Below are positions 1 to 12,600 of a stretch of DNA of 64,000 nucleotides, in pieces; within the stretch, counting starts at the first letter, position 1; each line of letters starts with the position of its first letter. The notes beneath the pieces are model-generated. The model made no database searches and was not told the origin of the DNA. It was given only the letters and a program-made list of their open reading frames with translations. The stretch comes from Atractiella rhizophila (taxonomy: Eukaryota), in the NCBI GenBank assembly GCA_021432655.1, contig MU271187.1:1-64000 (forward strand), in the 5' to 3' direction. The position numbers and the translations under genes were made by a program.

Positions 1-152
1 CTGAGTAAGCAGACACCTTCTAAGGTGGTAAAGGAAGGTCTGAGGATCACAGATCTGTCTTGATCATCGAAATTGAGTGAAATTTGAGTGCAGGAGGGGT
101 GAAAATGTGGTCTGGAGGAGGGAGAAGGTGATGGGTGTAATCCTAGCCACCA

Positions 153-165
153 GCTCTCGCTACCA
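153..165 (-). promoter_or_regulatory. Primer binding site TGGTAGCGAGAGC (probably initiator tRNA-Met)
   Basis: Directly abuts the LTR CA end and is complementary to a tRNA 3' end ...GCUCUCGCUACCA. The same sequence is at 3875-3887 and a degraded copy at ~4759-4768. tRNA identity is inferred. Confidence 0.75.
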
Positions 166-365
166 TGTAAGGATCTAAGGCTAGGAGTGGTTGGTGGTCA
201 ATAATGAGCACATTAGAGAGGTATAGAGAGACATACCTAGGAGTGGTTGGTGGTCAATAATGAGCACCAACACTCCTAGGCAGAACTAAACTACATAGTG
301 ATGACTCATACGAGTCATAAGAGTCATGAGAGGCAGATGACCAAAACAACACACTACAACTAACA
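166..365 (-). repeat. Copia LTR (type A), 5' LTR of an element running off the left edge
   Basis: Minus strand reads TGTTAG...CCTTACA (TG..CA ends, 200 bp), followed at once by a PBS. Near-identical to 1327-1517 and 3888-4077; the leader at 1-152 matches ~3713-3874. Confidence 0.85.
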
Positions 366-1326
366 GGTGGGAGCTCTGGGATCCTGTTGCAAAGAAGGTC
401 TACGTTCAAGATGTTGCCAGATTTGATGAGAGAGAGATGCTCTGCAAGCTGAGGAAGGAGAAGATTACGTTGGAAGAGCCACAGGGACCACTTGATGAGT
501 GGAAGGAGCGTCAGGATCAGGTGGGAGATAGACAGAATAGTGCTCCAGCTGCTCCTCCAGCCAGGATTTCGCTAGACGACGATGACGAAGAAGAAGATGG
601 ATGGATTCAACAGCCAGGAGCACCTCCTACACCTCAGGAACAACCCAGGCCGCTTGGAATACAGTCTCCAAATCGATTTCAGCCCCTTCAGGTCGAAGAA
701 GAAGAAGAAGAAGAAGAAAGAGAGCCGTCTCCAGACCCACTACAGCTTCTGCCTGAACGCCTAGGACCCACCTCGTCAGTACACCATGCAGAGAGATCCT
801 TGGACAGGAGTTCACATGCCTAGATTCTCAGAGTCTCCAGATCCACTCCAGATCCACCCAACAACACCAGATCGACCTCCTCCAGCAGCTTTGACACCTC
901 CCCCTGTCACCAGGCCTTCAAGAATTTACTCTACGAGTAGAGGACGACCTGTCGACAGATTTAGGGACCCCAGAAGCACCTCAAAACAACGACGAAGGGT
1001 CAACAGACGAGCTTGGGATGTTGGTAAAGGAATGTGACATCCTCACTGAGCCAGAGGCGATGGAATATGGCTATATGCTTGTCACAGAGCGGGCCATGAG
1101 CGCAGCAACAGGAGTAGAGGTCCCTCAGTCATATTCAAGAGCGATGGCAAGCCCAAATGCAAAGGAATGGCATGAAGCGACAGTGAAGGTGATTCAATCT
1201 CACTTGGACAACAAGAGTTGGATTCTGGTCAAACCGCCTAAAGGAGCAAAAATCGTTGGTTCTCGATGGGTGTTTGCGGTTAAGAAGAAGTCGGATGGTT
1301 CTATTGAGCGCTTCAAGGCCAGATTT
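366..1326 (+). mobile_element. Ty1/copia pol fragment: integrase C-terminus, acidic/Pro-rich linker and start of reverse transcriptase
   Basis: WELWDPVAKKVYVQDVARFDE (copia post-integrase motif) and VPQSYSRAMASPNAKEW...SWILV...IVGSRWVFAVKKKSDGSIERFKARF (RVT_2 N-terminus). Frameshifted and cut by an LTR at 1327. Confidence 0.9.
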
Positions 1327-1517
1327 TGTTAGTTGTAGTGTGTTGTTTTAGTCATCTGCCTCTTATGACTCTTATGAGTCATCACTATGTAGTTTAGTTC
1401 TGCCTAGGAGTGTTGGTGCTCATTATTGACCACCAACCACACCTAGGGATGTCTCTCTATACTTCTCTAATGTGCTCATTATTGACCACCAACCACTCCT
1501 AGCCTTAGATCCTCACA
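1327..1517 (+). repeat. Copia LTR (type A) with no adjacent PBS or PPT
   Basis: TGTTAG...CCTCACA, 191 bp, inverted relative to the other two copies. Flanks GATTT and ATACC are not a target-site duplication. Confidence 0.85.
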
Positions 1518-1657
1518 ATACCTAGGGGAAAGGAGTTGGTGGTCAAAGATGATGGGATTGATAAGGAAACATATACCTAGGTGACAGGAGTTGATGGTCA
1601 AAGATGATGCCCACCAAGACTGCTCCCTAGGGAGAAAAACTACGAAGTGAGTAAACA
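1518..1657 (-). repeat. Second, related LTR-like repeat (type B)
   Basis: Starts TGTTTACTCACTTCGTAG on the minus strand and matches ~4540-4618 on the plus strand. Shares the TTGACCACCAAC..CCT motif and internal tandem structure with LTR A. Confidence 0.6.
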
Positions 1658-1699
1658 TAGCAAAGGTGGCTGACCACACTGAGATAACACCATGAAATT

Positions 1700-3300
1700 T
1701 AACAGCTAATCCAACAATCTGGAGACTGTTCTCTTTCTTCATCTTCTTCTTCTTCAACCTGAAGGGGCTGAAATCTGTTTGGAGATTGTATTCCAAGCGG
1801 TCTGGGTTGTTCCTGTGGTGTAGGAGGTCCTCCTGGCTGTTGAATCCATCCATCTTCATCGTCATCTTCTAGCGAAATCCTACCTGTGCAAGGGAATAGC
1901 CTATAAATACACATTTTCAAGTATGAGATCCTAAGCTGTGTGGCCTTTCATCCTTCTGAACTTGAACGTAGGCAGTGCATCCAATGATTCTGAATCTTAA
2001 GGTGGTTGGTAGTTTCATATGGGGAATAGCATGGTTGATCGAAGCTGAGGGAGATCTGTTGCAAATGTGGACAACCGCTGAAGCGATAGATGGCCAGAGA
2101 AAGAGCGGAAGCCCAGATTCTTCAAACATGGCGACCATAGTCTCCTGAATCGTCCTATTAGCTCGTTCTGCCCTGCCATTCTGATGAGGAGAATTCCTGA
2201 TAGTCTGTTCACGCTGGATACCACAGGCCTTAAGATATTGATCAAATTCCTTGGAGGAATAAGTGCCTTCCTTGTCCTCTCTAAACTTCTTGATCTTCTT
2301 CCCAGTGACATTCTCCACCCAATTCTTGAAGGTCTTGAAGAGTTCTGGGGCCTCTGATTTCTTCTTGAGGAAGGCAATTGTGCAATGATTCGTTGCTTCG
2401 TCGATGAAGGTGACCCAATATCGATACCCTTCTCTGGAAGTGACTGGAAGAGGTCCATGTAGGTCTGGCTGATTCTACCCAATATCTCCTTCTCCCTAGT
2501 CGTTGCTGACTTGTTGAAGACCCTGTGCTGCTTCCCAGCTAAGCATGGCTCACAAATAGGGTCTGGATCATCCTCCAAGTCCAAAATCATCCCATTCACA
2601 AGTTCCTTCCTCTTCAGACGCTTGATGTCCTCATAATTAAGATGTCCAAGTCTCCTATGCCATAGAGAAGCATCCATAGGCAGTGTAGAAGCATTTCCAG
2701 CGAATTCTGGAGCAGGAAGGGTGTTCCCATCAAGTATTCCAGTCATGTATCCATTTTTGTAGTCCACAGTGGCAGTAAGGTAGAGTTTTTGACCCTGGAA
2801 GTGTTGAACCTTGGGTATAAAGGGTTAATCTGCACTGTTGGGAATGACTGGTCATTTTAGTGCAATTGGCTAAATCCAGCAGGAAGAAGAGAACCTTGTT
2901 GTGATTGATGGAGACCATCATGCCCTTGTAGATGGTGAGCCTGAAGACTGACAGGAGGTTGTCCCAGAGCTTGGGGACATGTAGGATGTCTGAAATGGCA
3001 ATGGTGGTGGTCTTGGTCTTCTTCTCCCCTAACTTGGCTTCAAAGATCAAGCTTCCAATTCCAGCACTCCAAATCACTTCTCCACTTGCTACCCTGATAG
3101 GAATAACTTTCTTCTGATAGGTTCTGAACCAATGGCGATGGGGAGACATGTGGGAAGTTGCACCAGTGTCTGCTATCCACTCAAGACTTGCTTGAGGCAT
3201 AGTGACATCATTTGCTGCGGCAAGACTATTTAGTCCAGCAAATTCCAACCCATTAAGAGCCATTTCCATTCCAAACATCTTCCTAGAGCCTGTGCTTGCC
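1700..3300 (-). mobile_element. Defective Ty1/copia pol: protease, GAG-pre-integrase, integrase core and linker fragment
   Basis: WIADTGATSHM (aspartic protease), LWHRRLGH...CEPCLAGKQ (HHCC), SPHQNGRAERANRTIQE (rve). Several frameshifts and deletions. 1716-1882 is an inverted homolog of ~561-733. Confidence 0.92.
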
Positions 3301-3887
3301 TGTGGTTGAGTCCTACGATCCACTGATGTGATGGAGAAATGATGTAGGGTCTGATGTGATGGTAGCAAATTTCGAAATTTTGACTCTTCTGATCAAGGTT
3401 ATCTGTCGTAGGATAGTAGAATAGCCTATTGTGAATCTAATGGCGATAAAATCGTTCAGGTTAGACCAAATATGACTTCAAAAGTCGGAAAATGTGTTTT
3501 TTTGGGGGTATGAAGCAGGTGATGAAGTGGCTATCTCCAAATTTTCGCTTATTGTGACCAAGATGATTCCTAGTAAAGTTGTAGCGCAGTGTTTCACGAT
3601 CAAAATAAGCCCTATAACGTCCAAATTGGTCTAAGTTTGAGTCCAGGGTGGCAAAGTGCGTTTTGAGGCAGGTAATGGGCGGTAAGGTGATAGATTTCGA
3701 TTTTTGTAGATCCTGAGTAGGCAGAAACCTTCTAAGGTGGTAAAGGATTGTTTGAGGATCACAAATCTGTTCTGATCATCAAAATTGAGCGAAATTTGAG
3801 TGTAGGAGGGTGAAAATTGTGGTCTGGAGGAGGGGGAAGGTGACAGGTGTGACCAAATGTAATCCTAGCCACCAGCTCTCGCTACCA

Positions 3888-4077
3888 TGTAAGGATCTAA
3901 GGCTAAGAGTGGTTGGTGGTCAATAATGAGACATTAGAGAAGTATAGAGAGACATACCTAGGAGTGGGTGGTGGTCAATAATGAGCACCAACACTCCTAG
4001 GCAGAACTAAACTACACAGTGATGACTCGTAAGAGTCATAAGAGGCAGATGACCAACACAACACACTGCAACTAACA
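3888..4077 (-). repeat. Copia LTR (type A), 5' LTR with PBS at 3875-3887
   Basis: 190 bp with TG..CA ends, followed by TGGTAGCGAGAGC and a leader running toward the protease region (gag missing). Confidence 0.85.
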
Positions 4078-4536
4078 TTCTGGGCCTAAGGAGCAGATGA
4101 GAGCAAAGGATTGGAGATCTTCCTTCAAATCATCAAAGGAATAGTCCCTGGAGAGCATGTTGGTGACGTCTAGAAGCAGCTGGTCGCTTCTGGCACACAG
4201 GGTGATGAGAGATTCGTTTTCCTTCTTCTGGAGGGCAAGGAGGGTGTTGAGGGCAGTGAAACGAGTTGAGGAGCGCTTCTGTTGGTGGATTTCTTGAAGG
4301 GTAGACCAGATCTTGACTGGATCTTGAAGGACAGAGACCACAGGGGCTTTCTGGGTCGCTTCTAGGCTAAGGAACAGGATCCCAGCCGCTTTGGAGCTGT
4401 CCTTTTGCCACTGTTTTTGCTCCTTCAAATCTTCTGGTTTTGTCTCCACTCCAGAGACTATCTCCCATAACCCCTTTTGTACCAATTCCGCCTGCATATC
4501 AATGTACCAGGTGCCATAGTTCTTCTCTCCGAGGGG
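4078..4536 (-). mobile_element. Copia gag N-terminal fragment
   Basis: LGEKNYGTWYIDMQAELVQKGLWEIVSG...KIWSTLQ...LICSLGPE resembles the copia gag N-terminus (DUF4219 / Retrotran_gag_2 type). Truncated by LTR A at 4077. Confidence 0.88.
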
Positions 4537-5278
4537 GTAATACTCACTTCGTAGTTTATCTCCCTAGGGGGCAGTCTTGGTGGTCATCATCTTTGACCAC
4601 CAACTCCTGTCCCCTAGCTCCATCCAGCATCTATTTCTCTCAATAAGGGGTCTCGTTTATGATCCCAAAGTTTCAAACCGATTGGACAACGGATGGCTGA
4701 GTGATCAACATTTTCAGCCAAGTAGGTGGCAAAACTAATCTGTCAACCCCTAGCCACAGCTCTCGCTAAGGGTTGTAATGATGGAGGTAGCTGAATTATC
4801 AATCGCCATTCCTCAAAGCCTCTGACCGGTAGAAAATAAGGCATGGGAGCCAGCGGAGGCGCTATGATTCAACTTCAATAGCCATCCGTATGTGAAGGAC
4901 TTTAAACAGGGGTTGGGAAAGAGATTTAAGCTGAGGGACTTGGAGACGCAGAATTTTGCTTGTAGTAAGGATTAGACCACCTCCACTACCCTCTAATTTA
5001 TAAACAAGAGGGCCACAAAGTATTGGAGGAAACATGTACATGAACCATGATATGAAAGCAACACTTGGATTACACAATGTTGATAAGAGGAGAGTAAACA
5101 CAGATCACATCAAGTGGCAATGGGAGATGTAACTGAGGAACAGGAGATGCCAAGTGGCAATAGAAAAATGAAATGGACAGTGCAAGTATAAATAGGCAGC
5201 CATGTGCCCATCAGCAAATGTGTAATGGTTAGGCCGCATACATTATAGGAGATACTGGAACCTTCCGGAACCTCTTAG

Positions 5279-5360
5279 AACAGTCTAGAACATTACTATG
5301 GAATATGGTATAACAGTCTAGAACATTACTATGGACTATGGTAGAACAGTCTAGAACATT
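5279..5360. repeat. 33-bp tandem repeat (about 2.5 copies) within a possible solo-LTR remnant at ~5221-5413
   Basis: AACAGTCTAGAACATTACTATGGAMTATGGTAK repeated. The surrounding segment begins TGTAATG and has TGTAACA at 5407-5413; no TSD found. Confidence 0.6.
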
Positions 5361-6525
5361 CTCTAAATAACCTTAACTGCCATTACCTAGAGTGTCTGGA
5401 ATATTCTGTAACAATTCCATAACCACATAAGAGGAGCTCAAACAAGTAAGGATTCCAGACATTCCAACGACTCTACTCCTTCAGCACATTCCAGAGACTG
5501 GATCGACACCTCCGTAACCAACCCTTCGAACCTCTTGTATGCATTTCATCTTGTAGTACTTCTTCAGAATAACATGAGGATTACCGACAACCAACGACGT
5601 CAAGTCCTTGTGCCTAGCTTATAAAAGGATTGTTCTTTGAACCTAGTGTAAAAGAGATCAAAGGACATAAACCTTCTAAACCTTCTAACCTTCGTAAAAT
5701 AGATGACCAGCTGCCAATTCACATAGAATGCAAACCTGATAATACCTTGATAATAAATTTGCCCACTTACTTACAGTGTTTATTTTACTCAATCCTTCTA
5801 TACTCTTTACTTTTACATTCACACATTGTTGATTTAGGATAATGTTGTACTTATGCCGCTAGTCAGTTTTGATATAATACATCTTGCATAGACACATGAT
5901 CGTGTTGTAGAACTGTTGGTATTGTGTGTTACATTTCATAATAAACTTTTGATGAACAGCAAAATTTAGCTCACAGAAAAACAAATTAAGAAAGTAGAGC
6001 CTTGAAGGCAGTTACTGAGATAGACTCACTCTCACATAGAAACATCACAAACAAGCAAGATATTTCCAGACAGCTACGGGGCTGGTTTTGTAAAAATGTA
6101 TATGAATGAGGAAGAAACACATGGATCTGTAGCTGAGACCATGCTCAGAAAGTAACTGATAAAGGAGAACATTAAAATTGCTATCTTATACCAGTCAGGG
6201 TGCTAAGAGGGGTTCATTTCATAGCAAGCCCTATTTATAGGCTCAGTTATTTTATAGATGTTAAACATGGTTGTGAATCTGACAGTCAACAGTTCTGCTG
6301 TCTGATATAGATCATAGAAGGGATTATTGTTAGTTGTTGCTTACAGCATCAGTTGCTGCTTTCTTGTATTGAGTTGTATTTCTCAATGTTACTTCACTTT
6401 CTGCATGTAATAATAACGAGCTGTGACCAATAATTGCGAAGAATGACAAATGGTTGCCAAAGCAGCAACAAGTAAACTTTAAACGCATTTGGATGCTTAA
6501 TTGACGGGCTTAAAAACACAGGGAG

Positions 6526-8587
6526 TTAACCTCTTTGTTTTGCCTTAAGCAACAGGTCTTCTAGTTCGCTTTGCGGCCTTTGTTTTTGAGTTTCGGCGTC
6601 AGGGATGGTGCTTCGTCTTCTCCGCCCCTCTTCCAAAAGTCGCTCCATATTTTTTGATTTTTGGTACCTACGACTACATCAGCCAATTATCAGTCCGAAA
6701 GTCGAGAGGACGGACAGAGGGTTGCTGGGATCAATAGCGAAGTTGTAATCACTATGGAGACTCGCAAAACGCGAATCGTCTACATTGATTCTGAAGCTGT
6801 CCTCCTTGACATCTCTCAACTTCCTACGTTTTTTCGCACGCGACTTGAGCATCTTCCCTTTTTCCGCCCTGATAACATGCTTCATGTCGAAATGTTTCGA
6901 ATCTGAATCGTCACTGCCTCCTTTGTCCCCTACCACCTCCTCTCCTGACTCAAAAAAACCATCATCCCCGCCTTCCAAATGCTCTCTCTGTCGTTTTACT
7001 CGTTTCAGCTGCTTTCGCTCCATCTCTTTGCGCTTATACGTTTCTAGCGAAGTCTCCTCCTTTTCTCCAGCGACTTCACCGGAAAGCGCTGGCGCAAAAG
7101 TGACCTCCATGTGCACAGCGTCATTTTCTCCTCCCATGTACTGATATCCCTGCGTTTCATCGCTGACTCCCAATAACTTTCTCAGCTCCATCCGCCTTGT
7201 GTGCTTTAAAACCTCATCTGAGGTATCCTCCTCTTCCGAAGAGTTGGGTGCAATATATTGCTGAACATCCAATGTTTCCATCTCTGTTTTGGTGAGCTTC
7301 TTACCCACCAGACCAGCCCCAGCAAGCTTCGCAAGCTTCTTCTTTCGTTCAGGATCATCATCATCCCAGGTCAGCTTGACCTTTGAGTGCCGCAAAGAGT
7401 CCGTGACAAAATCAATGGGCTCATAGGAAGCGAGGTCAAACTCCTGGGATGTAATAGCATCTCGAATGTCAACGTCGTCAAAGGTCATGTCGTCTGGAAT
7501 ATAGCTGCACTGAGATCCGTCAGTCTCACAGTGTCGCTGCACGGAAGAACCCCACCGCATGTCCACAACGTTAGCACTGCGCTCAATCTCGGTGCCATCG
7601 AGTTCCGTATAGAGATGTTGTGCAGATCGAGCGTTGTCACATGTCACGACGGCATAGAAGAAACTGTGGTACTGTATCAAAACCGCGTAACACCTGTAGG
7701 AAGCCGGGTCGCACGAACCGCAATCTTTCAAGTTGATATGCCCGCAGGATGTCCATGTCTTCCGAGTCGCGAACCTTTCCCAAAGTCTCCTTTATCACAG
7801 GGCCCTGGCACTCCTCTTGCTTCATTCGCTCCTTCCCAAACTTGCTGAAGTAAATAGCCACTTTCTCCACCTTCCCTCTTGCTATTCTGTTTTTCTCTGC
7901 TTTTCCAAGCTTGCTGATCGTCATTTGCTTCAACGGAGGCATTCTCGTAGCTGTGGGAGAGAGAAGAGAAGAGCAGAGTGCATGAATATCAACAGAGCTA
8001 AGATGATCCCAATCAAGGTTGACCAGCGCAAGCCTGTGTGAAATCTGCTCGCTCAGCGGAGCTGCCTCTTCCACTTCAACTTTGGAAGCAGACGGCTCAA
8101 CTTCATCCAGATCCACGTCAAGCTCGTCAGAATCTTGCTCTCCTAGCCCGACATCATCACTTTCGCTTGTAGAGGTCGCAGCTTCATGCGCAGACTCTTC
8201 GTCACTATTGGTTTCATCACCACTGGATTCGAGCAAGGCTTCACCGCGCGCGTAATCATTTTTCTTGTCATCGCCCAAATTGTAATATTGGTCCAACTCT
8301 TTAGATTGGTTGTTCTTGAGAACTTTCCCTCGCTTGTCAACCTTCGCTCGGTCACTCGGGTGGTCGAAGAGAGGAAGAAACCGTGCATCGACAGAAAATT
8401 TGGTTTTTCTTTTGCTGGGTTTCTTGAACCTTGGGTCTGACGAAGCGTGCCTGAATCTCGAGTCCATGGGTTTGCTGAGATCTTTCCCACGGTCGTCGGA
8501 GTCTGAATGCGTCGACTTGTTTCTTCCGACTCTGCCAAACTTGCAGCTTGATAACTGGATGTCGAAAACAGTGGCTTTGTCACACAT
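6526..8587 (-). CDS. ESF1: Pre-rRNA-processing protein ESF1 (NUC153 domain), multi-exon
   Basis: DPRFKKP, RLALVNLDWDHL, LRAYQLERLR, YAVVTCD, ELDGTEIERSAN, LRHSKVKLTWD, DYNFAIDPSNP. Last exon ends ...KQRG*. The start may instead be the Met at 8467. Confidence 0.93.
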
Positions 8588-8927
8588 TACGTATTGACCG
8601 GCGTATTAAGGATAACAATTGCAACCTTAGTCAGTTGAATTAGATGCCATTCCCAACATATTCACATATTTACAACGGGTTATAGTCATTCAGTTGCCAA
8701 ATTGATCGTGCTGTGGATTATATCGCATAATGAGTTGAGTCACTACATTCCCTGAGACAAGTTTGCGCCTGTCCAGACAGGTCTCCTGTATTAGCTGTAC
8801 CGAAGTCTGAAAGCTCTTTTTATTCCAGCGCTTGGATTTGCATTTGTCCTGATAGTGACCTTTTACAGATCGAATCACTTGGTTTCGAAGATGTACTGCT
8901 CTCAAGCCTTCCGTACGTCGCAGTCGC

Positions 8928-9540
8928 ATGCCAGCAAGGTCAATCGCAACAGAACCACGATGGACCATTCCGAATACAAAACTTCCAGACGTTTACAATC
9001 CAATGCCACTCCTTTTTATTTCTGGAGCGCTAGTAGTCGTGACATGGACTGCATTCGCTCTTTATGCCACCAATAATGAGGCGAGTGGGGCATTCTTGAA
9101 CTCTCATGTCGTAACTCTGTTGACAGAAACTCAACTCTGCGACTATACGAAACATCTTTCTGCACATCAAATCCTCCCCAAAAGTTACCGCCTTTATTGG
9201 AGAAGACGTAGAAATGGTTCCCTTTCTGTTGGAAATACCCAGAGTGAAGGGTGAGCTCAACATGCTTCAAGGCATTATAGATGTTTCGTTTGATATCAGG
9301 TCGAGAACAACGGGAGGTAATGGGTCTTGTTGGTCGTGACATAGCTGTTGACACTAATTAGAGGAGGGACGTGTATTCTTCACGGCTCTTCGAAAGGAGC
9401 AGCTGAGCTCCTTCCAGATCCGTATGTATCAGTTCGTGTGAGATTATTACTTGACCAAGATTGTAGTACGTTGGAGACTTTTGCGTAGAGATGGAGCCAC
9501 ACTCGATTTAATCAATAGTGCGCAAGACATGGATTTTTGA
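8928..9540 (+). CDS. COA1: Cytochrome c oxidase assembly factor COA1-like protein, 4 exons
   Basis: One TM segment, then spliced ...YATNNE/KLNSATIR...VKGELNMLQGIIDVSFDI...GGRVFFTALRK...FQILRW, which fits the fungal Coa1 pattern. Confidence 0.72.
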
Positions 9541-9690
9541 CGTTTCTTTGCTCAACTTTATTTTGACTGCGATCTGTTACAGTTCGTAGATTTCTCCTGG
9601 CACCATATGTGCGTTTGAAGCGGTAGTGCTCCAGTCGCGGGGTTGGGAATAACTCAATTTACAGACACATATTTTACATCTGACGTGAGG

Positions 9691-12600
9691 CTAATGAGGA
9701 TCTATCTCTCGTACGTTTACAGGCCTTGTAAAGGTTAACAAAGGCTTCTTTGACCTTGTTTGGGTTACCTTCGGACATTGCACTAGTTTTCCATTAATTA
9801 CTAAGGCACAGTGGGAGATAGTGGGAGACTCACACTCCGAATTGACTCAAAAACTTCTCTCTAACCCCCAAACCAACGTCCCGAGTGGGAAGGGCGCGTT
9901 CCGCGGCCTGGCTGACCCATGTGGAAAGCTGGTTTGGGCAATGCTCTGATAATAGGCGAAACAACGTGATGACAGTGGGGGAACAGTCTTCGTGAAACGT
10001 TATCGCGACCCCGTTTAGCAAGATCCCAATTAGAACATAACCGTGCTGATCCAGAACCGAACGAATGGCGACTGCATAACTCGGATCCGCAGGACCAGGA
10101 GCTAAAGGTGTCGACGGTGCACTCGATGGAAGATCAAGAGAGTCATTGCCAACGATCTCCCGCAAGGCGTCAAGGACAGCGATAACGGTGTCAGTACTGG
10201 GGAGTGTGAGAGATTGGATGAGTATCTGAAGTGCTACTGGGAAAGATGGCGACAGGAACAGGAGATTCGGAGTGTAAGTCACGACGCTGTAAATGAGATG
10301 TGCGTAGTCATCCAAAACTACAGGTGCGGCTTTAAGCTACAATATGAAAGATGGACGAGTGCTCACCATCGGGAATTTGGCTTGCTGGTGTATTCTGAAG
10401 GGTCGCAAAAATTTTCAGCGTCTCCCGATCTATCACGTTTCCGAGCCCTTGCCGAACCTCGTCGCTCAAAAGCCTCCCATACATGGACAACAATTTCCCA
10501 GTAATCCAAAGATACGACGCATGGCCATGTGCCTCAAAGCTCTCCCCCATGCTCTGGACCATAGCCGGAACAATACCGAGGGCCAACTGCCCAAAAAATG
10601 TCAAGCCACGTCGAATTGCGGTCGCGGCGCGCTCGGAAATTGCGGTTGAGCTCCCAAATTTGAGTATCAAATTGTTGATGACGGACCATGCCTGGGCGCA
10701 ACTTTGTTCACAGGAAGCAGGCAAGTCGTCCAAACGTCCTACGATTGACAAAAATGTATCAAGCTGCTCCAAGTCATCTAATCTGAACATCAGCCCACAG
10801 AAACAAGACTATTTTAAAGAGTCAGGCGAGACCTTGTATGCGTGTTATAACATCTTTTGAAGCTGACGTGCTGAGCTGACAAGCTTCGTGAATGTTCTCC
10901 AAAAGCGGCAAACAAAACGTGGATAGTGCAGTGCATGCGTCCAGAGAAGGCATGGATACGATGACATGAGCTACAGCTGCAGATATGTCGATAATATCTA
11001 AAAGTTGTAACTTGTTTCGCTGAGTCTTCATAAAAGTATGTAATTGTGCGAGGTAAGGGATGAGATGCTGTGGGAGCAAGTTGCTATCCGCTCAATTGTA
11101 TGGAGAAAGAACGTACGGAAGAACAGTCATTTGCGAGGAATTTCAAAGCCTGAGCCGCTGCAGCGACAACTTCCGGGTCATTGCTTTCGAAGCCAGCGGA
11201 AATGTAAGATAGAAGGAAGGAAATGTGCTCGGGATGATACTCAACCCATTCCGTGTAGCGTGCAATAACGAGAATAGCAGCATATTGTATCTTCGGATGG
11301 CTGGGCAGCTTTTGCATCATGTCCATGATCGACGGCATGACTTCGTTGTCCTGCACATCCACCTCGGCACCCATAGTCCTCATGGAGAACAAAGGTGCTT
11401 CCACAGCTTGCCACTTGACGGTTCCTGTCGTCTGGGCATCCATGAGAGCAGCCGCGATGAGGTCGTAGGAGCGTCGTAAGCAGGTATTGGCGCCAAGGAC
11501 AGAACAGCAGTCCTTGAGAGTGTCACCAATTGCATGGCGGAATTCTCTGAAGTCGTCCCTTTCTTGACCCGTCAGAGCCCGATCATCGTCTGGATAATAA
11601 AGATGTTGGATAATAGTTCCAACCAGCTCAGAATATATCTTGAGGAAAGCGGAATTATCTGTCGTAGGTGGTGATCTCTTGAGACCTTTAGCGAGCTTGT
11701 ACCAAAAGCTAAAAGTGATTGGTACGATGTCGAGATCTTTGCATGCAGAACATTCTACGATTGCTTGAACAATAGGTAAGAACGTCTCTTGATGCTGCAG
11801 CATTAATGGTTCATACCACTCGCCGGCCTCGCAAAAAATCCTGCAAAACCCTCTCATCCGATCAGAGTCGGTAGTGTCGACTGTGGAGAGCTCAGGCTTG
11901 AGAGAGATGAGTTCTGGGACTATCCGTTGAATCACCGCCATACTATCTTCCAATTCTTGCGTTTCATGAATGAGATCGCAAACGACGTCCACCGCAGCAT
12001 CGAAGAGGTCGCTGTCGTTGGAGCGAAGGGCTTTGAACGCAAATGGGAAGAGGTGGGAGTCTACGACTAATGCCGCTGGCATTTCCCCCGCTCTTAACCA
12101 CGATCCAAGGCATCGCATGATCTGAACTTGAAGTGGGACTGTTACTCCTGTGCATTGTGATTTGAAGCAGTTAGGGAAACGCGATTGGGGAAGCAATGAG
12201 GCGATACAAGGAGAACGCAAGTCGCAGCAATGACAAAACAACGTAAGTGGAAGTAGAAATAGGAAAAGTGATTAAGATACTCGCCAGATGCTTGAATGTA
12301 CATGGACAGCAGACCAGCTATCCTCTCCACAGCGGTTCTTGTGCGGAACTCCTCATTCTAAGCGACACCGACCAATGCATCAATATAGCTTTACAGTCAT
12401 GAATAAAGAATGCATACCAGGACCTCGATGCGATAATTTGAGGTGACCTCCTGCGGTAGTTGTGTGAGGAACTCTAGCAAAGCAGGCACAGTTGCTGGGT
12501 CTTGTCCAAACTCATCGGTAACTTGCGTCATCACGGATGTCCACTCTGGCATCTGAAGAGCTAGATCTGCAAGGGACAAGGAGATCTGCGTGCGAATGAC

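Noticed and set aside
166..1517. Inverted LTR pair read as terminal inverted repeats of a DNA transposon
   Set aside because: The repeats have TG..CA ends and an adjacent PBS, enclose copia pol, and a third copy exists; they are LTRs.
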